64,000 nucleotides of DNA from Pseudobutyrivibrio sp. (GCA_963605115.1 CAVCTM010000003.1:1440-65439), one strand, 5' to 3'; counted from the stretch's first letter, positions 54,589 through 64,000 are shown. Made by a program: numbers and translations. Notes: generated from the sequence alone by a model not told the origin.

Positions 54589-55905
54589 TCAGACGATATC
54601 CCCGTCGTCGAACGGGTCGCCGCATTCGGGGCAGAACTTCGGCGGGTGCGCCGGGTCCTCAGGGGTCCAGCCGCACTTGTCGCACTTATACTGCGGAACA
54701 CCGGCGGGCTTCTTCGCGCCGCACTCGGAGCAGAACTTGCCCTGGTTCACCGCGCCGCAGGCGCACTTCCAGCCGTTTTCCTCCGGCTTCTTTGCGCCGC
54801 ACTCCGGGCAGAACTTGCCTGTAGCGGTCGCGCCGCAGGGACATTTCCAACTGCCTGCTGCGGGAGCAGCGGGAGCAGCGGGAGCGGCGGTCTGCTGCTG
54901 GGCGCCCATCTGGTAGAGACCCGCCATCTGGTTCCCTGCCATGCCGCCTGCCATGCCCATGCCCATGAAGGCGTTGACGGCGCCGTTCTGGTTCGCGGCG
55001 GCGGCCTTCATCGCGTCGCCCGTCGCGCCGGCGAGGTGCGCCGCCGCGCGGGTCGGGTCCATGAACGCCGCGTTGCGCTGCATCTCCTTGATCATCTTCT
55101 CGTCGTCCTCGTTGACCTTCACGCTGGAAACGCCGACGCTGACGATCTCAATGCCGCGGACTTGAGTCCATTTTTCGCTCAGGAGCTCCTTGAGCACGCC
55201 GGCGAGCTCCGTGGTGTGGCCGGGCAGCGCGCTGTAGCGGATGCCCATCTCGCTGATGCGGGCAAAGGCGGGCTGGAGCTCGGTGAGCAGCTCGGTCTTC
55301 ATCTGGCTGTCGATCTCGTCGCGGGTATAGTCGAGGGTGACGTTGCCGCAGACGTTGGTGTAAAACAGCAGCGGGTTCACGAGCTTGTAGCTGTATTCGC
55401 CGAAGCAGCGGACGGAGATGTCGATATCAATGCCCGCGCGCTGGTCCACGACGCGGAACGGCACCGGGGAGGGCGTGCCGTACTTGTTGCCGACGACCTC
55501 CTTGGTGTTGAAGTAGTAAACACGCTGGTCCTTGGGGGCTTCGCCGCCGTAAGTGAAACGCTTGCCGATGTTCTTGAACACATCGACGATGCTCTGCCCC
55601 AGCTTGCCGCTGAAGATGCTGGGTTCCGTGGAGCTGTCATAGACGAACTCGCCCGGCTCGGCGCAGACCTCGACGATCTTGCCCTGCTCGACGATGAGCA
55701 TGCACTGACCGTCCGCGACCGCGATCACGGAGCCGTTGCTGATGATGTTGTCCTCGCCCTTGGTGTTGCTGGAGCGGTCCCCGGTCTTTTTCTTGCCCTT
55801 GACCGCGAGCACGTCCACGGGCAGAGCCTCACAGTAGAAGTATTCCTTCCACTGGTCCGCCATCACGCCGCCGACACTGCCGAGCGCTGCTTTGATAAGT
55901 CCCAT
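54589..55905 (-). CDS. SPFH-domain protein (YdjI-like) with C-terminal triple zinc-ribbon
   Basis: MGLIKAALGSVGGVMADQWKEYF.. N-terminus as in YdjI-type SPFH proteins. Gly/Met-rich linker, then three Cys4 units (KCPCG..FCPECG and similar). Confidence 0.7.
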   Translation of the reverse strand: MGLIKAALGSVGGVMADQWKEYFYCEALPVDVLAVKGKKKTGDRSSNTKGEDNIISNGSVIAVADGQCMLIVEQGKIVEVCAEPGEFVYDSSTEPSIFSGKLGQSIVDVFKNIGKRFTYGGEAPKDQRVYYFNTKEVVGNKYGTPSPVPFRVVDQRAGIDIDISVRCFGEYSYKLVNPLLFYTNVCGNVTLDYTRDEIDSQMKTELLTELQPAFARISEMGIRYSALPGHTTELAGVLKELLSEKWTQVRGIEIVSVGVSSVKVNEDDEKMIKEMQRNAAFMDPTRAAAHLAGATGDAMKAAAANQNGAVNAFMGMGMAGGMAGNQMAGLYQMGAQQQTAAPAAPAAPAAGSWKCPCGATATGKFCPECGAKKPEENGWKCACGAVNQGKFCSECGAKKPAGVPQYKCDKCGWTPEDPAHPPKFCPECGDPFDDGDIV

Positions 55906-55961
55906 ATGTAGTTGCTCCTTTCGATTTTTAACGGATTTGTATATGGAAAGTTGTTCTGCGC

Positions 55962-56810
55962 TTAGCATTTTCGTCCGCCGCCGGAGAAGCTGCGTCCGCC
56001 GGAGGAGGAAAAGCTGCGGGAATAGCCCGACTTGCCGCCGCTGCTCGTGTTTTTGGGGCGGAGATGCTTGGAGACGGTGCTGTAGAGATAGTGGTCCTGC
56101 TTCGCGCCGAGGCGGAATGAGCCGGGGACGAGGTAGCCCGCGGCGTGGGCGGCGCGGCGCACCGGCTTCATCTGGGAGACGAGCACCGCCATCGCGACGA
56201 AGCCGACGATTACGCCGAGAATGATCCCGCAGAGGGCGGAGAAACCGAAGCTCGCCGGCTCCTTCGGCGGCTCGCCGTGGGCGTAGAGATAGTCCACCGC
56301 GTCGAAATACTGCTCCATCGCGCCGTAATAGTCGCCGTCCAGCATAAGCGGCTCGATGATGTCGTCAATGCGGTTTACGCTCTCGGAGGTGAAATAGTCC
56401 CGCGCCGCGCCGCAGGCGGCGGTGTACCAGCCGCGATCGGCGGGGTCCATGCAGATGAGCAGCACACTGCCGCTGTAGTCGTCGCCGGTGCCGTAGCCGC
56501 AGAACTGATAAAAGTCCGCAGCGAGGATCCTGTGGTTGAGCCCGTAGGTGCTCGGCGCGGTGTAGAGCACGAGGTCATAGCCGTGGGCGGCGATAACGGC
56601 GGCGATCTTTTCGCTGAGCGCGGCTTCCTCCGCGTCCGTGAACATGTCCGCGTCGTCCACAATGAGCGGTGCATTTTCCGCGTGGAAATCTTCAAAGGCG
56701 GAGATGTCCTCCGGATACCAGTCCGGCATTCCGTCCGCCGCAAGGCAGGACGCCGCGAGCGCGAAGCAGAGCAGCGCGGCGAGCACGAGGGTCAAAACAC
56801 GTTTTTTCAT
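55962..56810 (-). CDS. TPM-domain protein (YdjH/YgcG-like) with C-terminal TM and Gly/Ser tail
   Basis: Signal peptide, VDDADMFTDAEEAALSEKIAAV (TPM motif), TM helix and an SSGG-rich C-terminus. Confidence 0.7.
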   Translation of the reverse strand: MKKRVLTLVLAALLCFALAASCLAADGMPDWYPEDISAFEDFHAENAPLIVDDADMFTDAEEAALSEKIAAVIAAHGYDLVLYTAPSTYGLNHRILAADFYQFCGYGTGDDYSGSVLLICMDPADRGWYTAACGAARDYFTSESVNRIDDIIEPLMLDGDYYGAMEQYFDAVDYLYAHGEPPKEPASFGFSALCGIILGVIVGFVAMAVLVSQMKPVRRAAHAAGYLVPGSFRLGAKQDHYLYSTVSKHLRPKNTSSGGKSGYSRSFSSSGGRSFSGGGRKC

Positions 56811-56828
56811 TTTGCTCCCCTCCCCTCA

Positions 56829-57908
56829 TCAAAGCTGCGGCAGCAGCGTCACGAGAAAGCCGACAACAAAGGCGATGGCGAAATAAAGCCCGAAATAGCC
56901 CCATTTCTTTGCCTTGCTGATCGGCAGCTCGCCGACGACCTTGCCGGTCTGACCGTTCACGGCGTAGCGATAGTGCTTGCCGCGGTATTCACAGTTCAGC
57001 AGATAAACGGGCAAAAGCGCGTATTTCACGGAGGCTTTGTCCAGATGCAGTCCGGCGTCGGACCGGAGCGTTACGCCCTGATAGCCCGGCGCAGTGGAGA
57101 GAAACTGCTGCTTCGCACTCTCGCGCATGCGCGACTCCGCGCGCGGGAGCTCCGCGTCCGGATCGGAGTCGAAGCGGTCGGCGAGATAGCCGGAGAGATA
57201 TGCCGGGTCAAAGTCCGTCAGCGCGGAATAGTCGAAGGGCTCAACAGAGTCCATCAGATCGTCGTCCATCTTGGTGCTCGCGTCCACGGGCAGCTTGGAA
57301 AAGGACATGCTGCCGTCGCGCCGGAGCAGATAGTGGGAGGTCTTCGTGCAGTCATAGTCGCCCTGCCGGTATGTACGGACCTTCGTGGCGTCCAGACTGA
57401 CGCTGCCCGTCATGTCGGCGTCGAACAGCCAGAACGGGACGTAAACGCCCTGCGCCCTGCCGACGACATTTTCACTGAAAAAGTCCTTCGGAAGAAGCTT
57501 TTTCTTCTTATAAAACTTCCGGATGACGTCCGGCAGCTGCTTTTTTGTGATGCGGAACGGGATCACGGCGTTCGGGCGAAGCCCGCCGCCGACGCGGTCA
57601 TCTAAAACAACGTTGTTGCCGCAGTAAGGGCAGGTCGTCGCCGCGGTGTTCTCGTCCGCCTCGATCTCCGCGCCGCAGGACTCGCAGACATAGACCGCCG
57701 TGTGGTCGAGCTTTGCGTCCCGGTCGAGCCCGGCTTTGTAGTCTCCCCAGTGAAAATCGCGCTCCTCCCCGTCGCTCTCGCGCAGGGCGCGCAGCGCTTC
57801 GATGCTGACGGTGTTGCCGCAGCTCGCGCAGGTGACCTCGCCGCTCTCCGCGTCAAACGCGAGCGGCGCGCCGCAGGATGGACACTTGTATTCGGTGATC
57901 GCCGGCAT
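56829..57908 (-). CDS. zinc-ribbon membrane protein (YdjG-like)
   Basis: Two CxxC..CxxC ribbons (CPSCG..CASCG; CESCG..CPYCG) and a C-terminal TM helix. Confidence 0.65.
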   Translation of the reverse strand: MPAITEYKCPSCGAPLAFDAESGEVTCASCGNTVSIEALRALRESDGEERDFHWGDYKAGLDRDAKLDHTAVYVCESCGAEIEADENTAATTCPYCGNNVVLDDRVGGGLRPNAVIPFRITKKQLPDVIRKFYKKKKLLPKDFFSENVVGRAQGVYVPFWLFDADMTGSVSLDATKVRTYRQGDYDCTKTSHYLLRRDGSMSFSKLPVDASTKMDDDLMDSVEPFDYSALTDFDPAYLSGYLADRFDSDPDAELPRAESRMRESAKQQFLSTAPGYQGVTLRSDAGLHLDKASVKYALLPVYLLNCEYRGKHYRYAVNGQTGKVVGELPISKAKKWGYFGLYFAIAFVVGFLVTLLPQL

Positions 57909-57985
57909 AGACCATAGCCTCCTTATTGTTCGTTTCGTTCATTATATCGCAGGGATGCGCAAATGTAAAACCAAATTTTTGCTTT

Positions 57986-58963
57986 TTAATGCAGTCCCCG
58001 GCGGCGCGGGGTGCGGCGGCAGCGCAGGGTGGAGAAAACCATCACGGCGAGCCCGACCGCCATCAGACCGTAGCAGAGCAGGAACTTGTCCGCGTGGCGC
58101 TGGACATAATACTCCATAAAGCCCGCAAGCCCCAGCGACAGCAGCCAGAGCGCCAAGCAGACGATGAGCCCGGCGCGCATACCGTCCCGCTTGACGCTGC
58201 GCACACTGAAGACGATGAGCGCCGCGAGGCAGGAGAGCGCGCCGATGATCTGCACGAGGCTCACAAAGCCGTTGGAGCGCAGATAGCAGGAGTCATAGCG
58301 CATGCTGTCGAGCCAGATCTCCGCCGCGCCGTAGAGTACGAGGAAGAGCCAGAACACCTCCCCGCTCCGCAGCCTGCCGCGCGCGAGGAAAAGCACGAGG
58401 ATGAGCGCGAGAAACACGGCGAAAGCCGCGAACGCCTCCCAGAAAAACACCGCCGCGTGCCACTGCACGCCGCCGGCGCTCTCCACCGCCGTGGACCACG
58501 GGAGCCCCTGAAAGCGCGGGTCGGTGAACACGGTCTTTCCGCGGTCGAGGGAATTGAACAGAAATCCGAAGCGTCCGACCGCGATGCCGAGCGCCGCCGC
58601 GGGCGCGGCGCAGTCGAGCAGCGCGCCGAGGTCCCGCACCGCGCCGAGCGCGCGCAGGACGAGCGCCGCGAGCAGTGCGCCGAGAAACGCGCCCGGCAGC
58701 GCAAACGCGCCGACGGAATAGTCGGAAAATGCCTGAGAGAGCGAGCTGTACTGCCGGTAAAAGCAGTACCAGTGGACAAAGCGCGCGCAGAAAAAGCCGA
58801 GCACGAGCGCGAGCAGGCAGAACACCGCCGCACTGCACATCGCTTTGCCCTGCCGGGCGCGCAGCGCGAGCGTCATCAGCACCGCGGCGACGACGCCGAG
58901 CGCCGAAATGATCCCGCTCCAATAGACGGGGACGCCGAGATAGACGAATGCGATCTGATCCAT
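57986..58963 (-). CDS. prolipoprotein diacylglyceryl transferase (Lgt) family membrane protein
   Basis: Polytopic. VPVYWSGIISALG and GRFGFLFNSLDRG resemble Lgt motifs. ATG 58963 follows GAGGAAG. Confidence 0.5.
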   Translation of the reverse strand: MDQIAFVYLGVPVYWSGIISALGVVAAVLMTLALRARQGKAMCSAAVFCLLALVLGFFCARFVHWYCFYRQYSSLSQAFSDYSVGAFALPGAFLGALLAALVLRALGAVRDLGALLDCAAPAAALGIAVGRFGFLFNSLDRGKTVFTDPRFQGLPWSTAVESAGGVQWHAAVFFWEAFAAFAVFLALILVLFLARGRLRSGEVFWLFLVLYGAAEIWLDSMRYDSCYLRSNGFVSLVQIIGALSCLAALIVFSVRSVKRDGMRAGLIVCLALWLLSLGLAGFMEYYVQRHADKFLLCYGLMAVGLAVMVFSTLRCRRTPRRRGLH

Positions 58964-58970
58964 TGCTTCC

Positions 58971-60104
58971 TCAGCCCTCCTTCTGCGGCGGCAGCGCCGT
59001 TGCGAAATAGATAATGTCGCTGACGGCGCGCTCGGAATCATAGACGATGCGGTTGCGGATCTTGCCGCCGAAGATGAGCTCTGCGGTCTGACCGCCGTCG
59101 AGCGCGTAAGCGCTCTCGCAGCCCTTCGCCGCCATCGCCGATGCCGCCTCCTTGATGGTGCAGTAATCGGTGTAGTTCCCCTCCCCGCCGGCGCACATCA
59201 GCAGATAATGCAGCTCGCCGAGCTGTCCGAGGCTGGAGCGGGAATACTTGTCCTCGATCTCGCCGATGGGGTAATAGTCGAGCGGCTGGACCTCGCCGTT
59301 TAAGATCTCAATGGGTCCGAAGGCGAGCGAGAACTGCACGTCGTGCTCGGCGATGAACGCCTCGACCTCCGCGGCGGAGGAAAACTCTCCGACCGGGCTC
59401 ATCAGAAGGTCGCCGTTTCCGGCGATGAAGCAGGTATCGACCACGTTGCCGACGAAGCGGTAGAGGTCGCCCTGATAAACGTTGATGCCGTAGGTGCGGA
59501 AGTTATAAAAATCCGCGTTCGATGCCACGACCGCGTTCGCGTCCGCCGCCATCGCGGAGCAGAAAAGCTGCTTGCTCGCGCCGTAGCTCCCGCCGGCGAG
59601 AAAGCGGCGGAACTGGGACGGGTGGGCGATCTTGATCTCCGCAAAATTGTGGACGCAGTTGTGGAGCACCTCCTGCCACGAAATGGCGAGAATGGTCTCG
59701 TCGCAGTACCACTCGATCGTGGAGCCGGGCTTGAGCTGAATGTCCGGATTCCATGTGAGCGTCTGCCCGTCTAAAAGCGCCGCGGCGCGCTCGACCACGG
59801 CGGCGACCTCCGCGGGATCGGTCGTGGAGCCGTAGCACGCCGGGTCCGGCGTCTGACCGCTCTGGGCGTCGGCATCGATCATATAGACCTTTTCAATGTG
59901 GGTGAGGTCCGCGAGCGCAGCGCTCGCCGTGTTCGTCGCATAGCTCACCGCGCGGGCGGAGAGGTCCGCTTTCTTAAGCTCCCCGGTCCCGGAGAGCGGA
60001 TCCGCCGGGTGGACGCAGAGCGAGCAGACGACTGCCGCCGCTGCGAGCAGCAGGGTGAAGAAAACGCCGCCAAGGACGCGGAGACCGCACTTTGCATGCT
60101 GCAT
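58971..60104 (-). CDS. phosphodiester glycosidase (NAGPA/DUF2233) family protein
   Basis: N-terminal anchor, ..ASNADFYNFRTYGINVYQG.. and ..AYALDGGQTAELIF.. motifs. Confidence 0.6.
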   Translation of the reverse strand: MQHAKCGLRVLGGVFFTLLLAAAAVVCSLCVHPADPLSGTGELKKADLSARAVSYATNTASAALADLTHIEKVYMIDADAQSGQTPDPACYGSTTDPAEVAAVVERAAALLDGQTLTWNPDIQLKPGSTIEWYCDETILAISWQEVLHNCVHNFAEIKIAHPSQFRRFLAGGSYGASKQLFCSAMAADANAVVASNADFYNFRTYGINVYQGDLYRFVGNVVDTCFIAGNGDLLMSPVGEFSSAAEVEAFIAEHDVQFSLAFGPIEILNGEVQPLDYYPIGEIEDKYSRSSLGQLGELHYLLMCAGGEGNYTDYCTIKEAASAMAAKGCESAYALDGGQTAELIFGGKIRNRIVYDSERAVSDIIYFATALPPQKEG

Positions 60105-60120
60105 GGCTTCTTCCCTCCCC

Positions 60121-60780
60121 TCATTCCAGCCCGCCGCTGAGCGCGGCGAGCAGCTCGCGCGTCGGAACGATCTTCCACGCGCCGTCCTGATACTCCAGCT
60201 CTGCTGTCACGGAAAAGCTCCGCCGCGGCGCTTCGCTGCCGAGCCGCGCGGAGAGCGCCTCGTCATAAACGTCGAGCACGATCTCGCGGCGGTAGCTGCC
60301 GTCGTCATTATAAACATCCTCGCTGCGGCGCGCGTTCTCCACACGGCGGGCGAGCAGCGCGTTCACGTCCGCGTCGATGCCCTCCAGCAGCGCGTCTGCG
60401 TCCGGCACGGCAAAAACGACGTCCTGAAAGGCGCGCAGCCCCTCGCGGCGGGCTTCCCCGGCGCGCTGCCATTCGCAGCCGCCGCGGATGAGCGTCCAGA
60501 GGGCGCGGGCGTTTTCGTCCGCGGGCTCGTTCTCCAGTCCCAGCGTACTGTAGCCGCTGAGCAGCGCGTTTGCTTCGTCATAGCGCTCGGCGCAGACGGC
60601 GGTGAAGAACGCATCAACGGCGTCCGCCGGGTCCGCCGCGTCTCCCAGCAGCAGCGCGGCGCGTCCCTGTCCGAAAAAGCCGAGCCATACACCCGCGGCA
60701 GCCGCGGCAAGCGCCAGCAGCGCAAGGATCGTGCCGCCGATTTTCCTCTTTTTCATCTTCTCAAACCCTCTTTTTTTCAT
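60121..60780 (-). CDS. membrane-anchored hypothetical protein
   Basis: MKKRGFEKMKKRKIGGTILALLALAAAAAG anchor. ATG overlaps the upstream stop (ATGA). The track ORF's N-terminal extension is a shadow. Confidence 0.55.
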   Translation of the reverse strand: MKKRGFEKMKKRKIGGTILALLALAAAAAGVWLGFFGQGRAALLLGDAADPADAVDAFFTAVCAERYDEANALLSGYSTLGLENEPADENARALWTLIRGGCEWQRAGEARREGLRAFQDVVFAVPDADALLEGIDADVNALLARRVENARRSEDVYNDDGSYRREIVLDVYDEALSARLGSEAPRRSFSVTAELEYQDGAWKIVPTRELLAALSGGLE

Positions 60781-62987
60781 TCCTTGCTCGGAAAAGCCCG
60801 GACGACCTTGCTCTCGTCGCTGTAAGCGATGCCCTCCCAGCCGTCGAAGGCGGTCACGAGCTTCCAGTTGGCAAACGCGGTCCGGATCGCGACGTTTGCC
60901 GGCTCCGTGCGCCAGCCGTCCGCCCCGGCGGAGACGTTTTCGCTCCAGAACAGGAAGCGCACGTCCGGATAAGCCTTCGGCGCGGCGGTCCATTCCGTGC
61001 TTGGAATACCGCAGGAGCGCACCCAAGCCATCCTGAGCTCCGGCATCGCGTCCAGAAACGCGAGGTCCGTCAGCGCCGGAGAATAGGAGACGTTCAGATA
61101 CTCCATCTTCGTCATTTTCTCCAGCGGCGAAAAATCCGTAATACCGCGGCAGAGCGCGCATTCGAGATAGCGCAGCTCCGGCAGCGCCGCGAGCGGCGAA
61201 ATGTCCGTGAGCGCGCCGTTGCCGGAGAGAAAAAGCACTTGGAGATGCTCCAGATTTTCGATCCCCTCCAGCGAGCCGATATCGTTGTTCGCAAGGTCCA
61301 GTGAAACGAGATCGGTGCAGTAGCGCAGGAGCGGCTGAATGTCCTCGGTCGTGAGGCGGCCCCAGCTCTCGCCGCGCTTTTGCGTCGAGAAGCACAGCGC
61401 GTCGCTCGGCACACTGTAGCCCGCGAAGCGGACCTCGAAGATGAAGCGGATGTCCGGAAAGAGCTCCGAAAGCTCCACACAGTCGCTGTAGCGCACGCCG
61501 GAATCCAGCAGGTCGACGCGCCGGAGCGCCGGGAGCGCGCGGACGATGCGGACGAGCTCGTCCGTGTCCGGCGCGGTCTTGCCGCGGAAGTCGAGCTCCT
61601 GCGTCGTTTTGTCATAGGTCTGCCCCGCAGCCGTCACGGTCCACTGCACGTCGCAGTCCGGCAGCCGACGCTGGAGCTCCGCCGCCGCTTCGGGATAATA
61701 GCAGTCCAGCGCGTCCACGCTCCGGAGCTTCGTGAGCGATCCCAGCGAAAGGATCTCCTCCTCCGTCGCAGAGGCACCGATGCGGATGCTGACGGCGTCG
61801 GCGAGCGTGGGGACGTATGGAGCGGAGGTCTCCGCCGGCGCTGCGGACGGCTGCGGCGTCTCCGCAGGAATGAGCTGTTCATAGCGCAGCGCACCGAGCG
61901 CCGCGGCAGCGAGCAGCACGAGCGCGGCAGCGGCAAGCGCCTTCTTTCGCGCCGCGAGACCGAAAATAAGCAGGGCGAGCGCCGCGGCGGCGAGTGCAAA
62001 TGCGGGCCACGGGAGAGATGCGCGCGTCCCGGACGGCTCCGGTGCCGGCACCGGCGTCGGCGCGGGAGCCGCGGTCTCCTCCTCCGGCTCGGTATACGCC
62101 AGCACGGTGATCGCCGGGTCCTTCGCGCGCTCCGCGGCGAGGCGGGCAGCCTCGGCTTCCTCCTCCGCGCGCTTCACCGTGCGGTAGTTGGTGTAATCGC
62201 ACATCAGCGCGGTGTAATCGGCGATGATGCGCGCCGCCGCGCCGAGGTCGGCGGTGAACACCGCAAGTGCGAAGGGCTCCTCGGTATAGACGATGCCGAT
62301 ATCATTAAAATATGTATGGTCCTCATATTCAAGAAAACCGTATTTGTGCGCGACGTCGTATTCCTCGCGCATCGAGGCGATGAGCGTGTCCGCCGGGTTG
62401 GAAACGAGCATATAGTCCAGCACGCGCGGATAACGATCCGGGGCGGCGTAGAGCATTTTCAGACAGTGGATGATCTGCCGCGCGGTGAACACGTTGCGGT
62501 GGAAAAAGTTATAGTCCATCGCCTCCGGGTCCTCGCCGAGCAGCGGGCAGAGCGCGGCGCGGTAATCGGCGTAGTCGCGGAACGCGCGCTGAGCCGCCTC
62601 CGCCATTTCGTTGCTGGAATGGACGATGGAGTGCTCCTCAATATAGGAATAAGGGACCCCTTCGATCAGCGTGTCGAAGTCCATCTCCCCGTTATAAACG
62701 CGCTCGGAGAGCACCATATTCAGCGGCACCTTATACACGCTGCAAGCGACCATATACTGGTCGCCCTGAAAATAGCCGCCCTCCCCGCTGACGAGGTTTT
62801 CGTAGCCGATCGTGATGCGCTCAGTGTTCACGCTCCGCCCGGCGAGAAATTCCTCCGTGATCTCATCCCAGCTCTTCCCGTCGAACCGCGCGTCCTCCGC
62901 CGAGACCGGCAGCGCCAGCGCCGCGGCGAGCACGATGAGCGTAAGAAAAAATATCCAAATTTTCCGATATTTCCCAGTGATGTACAT
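60777..62987 (-). CDS. beta-lactamase-like (SxxK) ectodomain / double-TM / leucine-rich-repeat fusion protein
   Basis: Signal peptide. SVYK (83-86), SSN (124-126) and KYG (215-217). Ala/Glu coiled segment, Pro-rich linker, two TM helices, then LRRs (LDLANNDIGSLEGIENLEHLQVLFLSGN..). Confidence 0.65.
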   Translation of the reverse strand: MYITGKYRKIWIFFLTLIVLAAALALPVSAEDARFDGKSWDEITEEFLAGRSVNTERITIGYENLVSGEGGYFQGDQYMVACSVYKVPLNMVLSERVYNGEMDFDTLIEGVPYSYIEEHSIVHSSNEMAEAAQRAFRDYADYRAALCPLLGEDPEAMDYNFFHRNVFTARQIIHCLKMLYAAPDRYPRVLDYMLVSNPADTLIASMREEYDVAHKYGFLEYEDHTYFNDIGIVYTEEPFALAVFTADLGAAARIIADYTALMCDYTNYRTVKRAEEEAEAARLAAERAKDPAITVLAYTEPEEETAAPAPTPVPAPEPSGTRASLPWPAFALAAAALALLIFGLAARKKALAAAALVLLAAAALGALRYEQLIPAETPQPSAAPAETSAPYVPTLADAVSIRIGASATEEEILSLGSLTKLRSVDALDCYYPEAAAELQRRLPDCDVQWTVTAAGQTYDKTTQELDFRGKTAPDTDELVRIVRALPALRRVDLLDSGVRYSDCVELSELFPDIRFIFEVRFAGYSVPSDALCFSTQKRGESWGRLTTEDIQPLLRYCTDLVSLDLANNDIGSLEGIENLEHLQVLFLSGNGALTDISPLAALPELRYLECALCRGITDFSPLEKMTKMEYLNVSYSPALTDLAFLDAMPELRMAWVRSCGIPSTEWTAAPKAYPDVRFLFWSENVSAGADGWRTEPANVAIRTAFANWKLVTAFDGWEGIAYSDESKVVRAFPSKE

Positions 62988-63210
62988 GTCTGACCTCGAA
63001 AAAATACAATCGAGGAAATTATACGATATTTTTCGACAAATTGCAAAGCTTTCTTAGCCTGTAGGGAAGACTTTGTATTCCCACTTCCCTTTTCGGAAAA
63101 ATCTGGTATAGTGTTAAAAGAAAAATAGAAAGTTTTTTGAATTTTTGCGACCAAAGAGAAAAAATGTTGTCTGTTATTCATGACGGCATAACGAAGAAAG
63201 GAGACGCGGG

Positions 63211-63771
63211 ATGGACGACCGCAGGATCGTCGAGCTTTACTGGCAGCGCAGCGAACAAGCCGTCCGCGAAACTGCCGATAAATACGGAGCATACTGCATG
63301 CGCATTTCCCTGAACATTCTGGGCGACCGCTCCGACAGCGAGGAGAACGTCAACGACACTTATCTTCAGACATGGCGCGCAATCCCGCCCCGGCGACCGG
63401 ATTCGCTTGCGGCGTTTCTCGGAAGGATCGCCCGCAATCTGGCACTGAACCGCCTGAAGGCGCGCCAGACCCAGAAGCGCGGCGGGGACGCCTTTGCCGA
63501 GAGTCTGGATGAGCTGGACGACTGCACGCCCGCCGGACTGGACGTCGAGGATGCCGTCTGCGCCAAGGAGCTCGGCAGCGCGATCAGCAACTTTCTGCGC
63601 GGGCAGAAGACAGATGCGCGGAACGTGTTCCTTGCCCGGTATTTTTACGCCGAGCCGCTGGACGTGATCGCCGAGCGCTTCGGATTTTCGCTCAGCAAGG
63701 TGAAATCCATGCTGCTCCGCACCCGAAACGGACTTCGGACCTATCTGGAAAAGGAGGGCTATCAATTTTGA
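63211..63771 (+). CDS. ECF-type sigma-70 family RNA polymerase sigma factor
   Basis: IVELYWQRSEQAV..NDTYLQTW (region 2) and LSKVKSMLLRTRNGLRTYLEKEG (region 4). AGGAGA RBS. Confidence 0.8.
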   Translation: MDDRRIVELYWQRSEQAVRETADKYGAYCMRISLNILGDRSDSEENVNDTYLQTWRAIPPRRPDSLAAFLGRIARNLALNRLKARQTQKRGGDAFAESLDELDDCTPAGLDVEDAVCAKELGSAISNFLRGQKTDARNVFLARYFYAEPLDVIAERFGFSLSKVKSMLLRTRNGLRTYLEKEGYQF

Positions 63772-63782
63772 AAAACGAGATC

Positions 63783-64000
63783 ATGATGTGCGCGATCGGC
63801 GAGATCGACGAAGACCTCGTCGCCGGGGCTTACGCCGCCGGAACCAAAAAGCGCCGCCGCGCCCTCCGACCGATGCTGGCGGCTGCCGCCTGCGTCGTGC
63901 TGCTCGTCGGCGCACTGCTGACTTACCGCGCCGGAGGTCCCGGACTGACGGTCGGCGGAACGCCGCTCGGCGGCGATCCCGTCGCGATCGACACGCCGGC
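63783..64000 (+). CDS. probable anti-sigma factor (N-terminal fragment, runs off the window)
   Basis: MMCAIGEIDEDLVAGAY.. then a basic stretch and a TM (PMLAAAACVVLLVGALL). Overlaps or abuts the sigma stop; TTG 63768 is an alternative start. Confidence 0.5.
   Translation, partial: MMCAIGEIDEDLVAGAYAAGTKKRRRALRPMLAAAACVVLLVGALLTYRAGGPGLTVGGTPLGGDPVAIDTP

Overview
High-GC (roughly 63-65% by eye) chromosomal segment. It probably comes from an endospore-forming Clostridia-type Firmicute, inferred from spoIIAA-spoIIAB-sigF, spoIIM, sigH, spoIVA and cwlD. Positions 1-22.1 kb form one carbohydrate locus: a histidine kinase, an AraC-type response regulator and a solute-binding protein; a ribose-type ABC importer; two signal-peptide-less Cys-type sulfatases with an anaerobic sulfatase-maturating radical-SAM enzyme; GH43; a TauE/SafE exporter; and a pentose catabolic block (xylB, DUF4867-like, FucI-like isomerase, second FGGY kinase, araD). 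Positions 22-40.6 kb are housekeeping and sporulation genes on the + strand (sigF operon, pcrA, tspO, dapA-asd, queA-tgt-yajC, spoIIM-xerD, ruvCAB, sigH, trmK, nif3). At about 40.6-46.8 kb gene orientation flips. This zone holds tRNA-Arg(CCG), a P1B-ATPase reduced to its membrane core, a stand-alone 44-aa membrane peptide gene, and the most unusual item: a small integrase-less rolling-circle Rep element with a CTTGATA nick-site motif, a 17-nt flanking direct repeat and a 30-nt perfect palindrome. Positions 46.8-64 kb (- strand) carry radA, cwlD, spoIVA, a 1167-aa secreted protein with a 1437-bp internal tandem duplication, a YdjGHI-like zinc-ribbon/TPM/SPFH module, envelope proteins including a beta-lactamase-like/LRR fusion, and an ECF sigma/anti-sigma pair. 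No CRISPR array or rRNA was found. Many long ORFs in the six-frame track are antisense shadows typical of high-GC DNA. All family calls come from motif reading and memory, not database searches.
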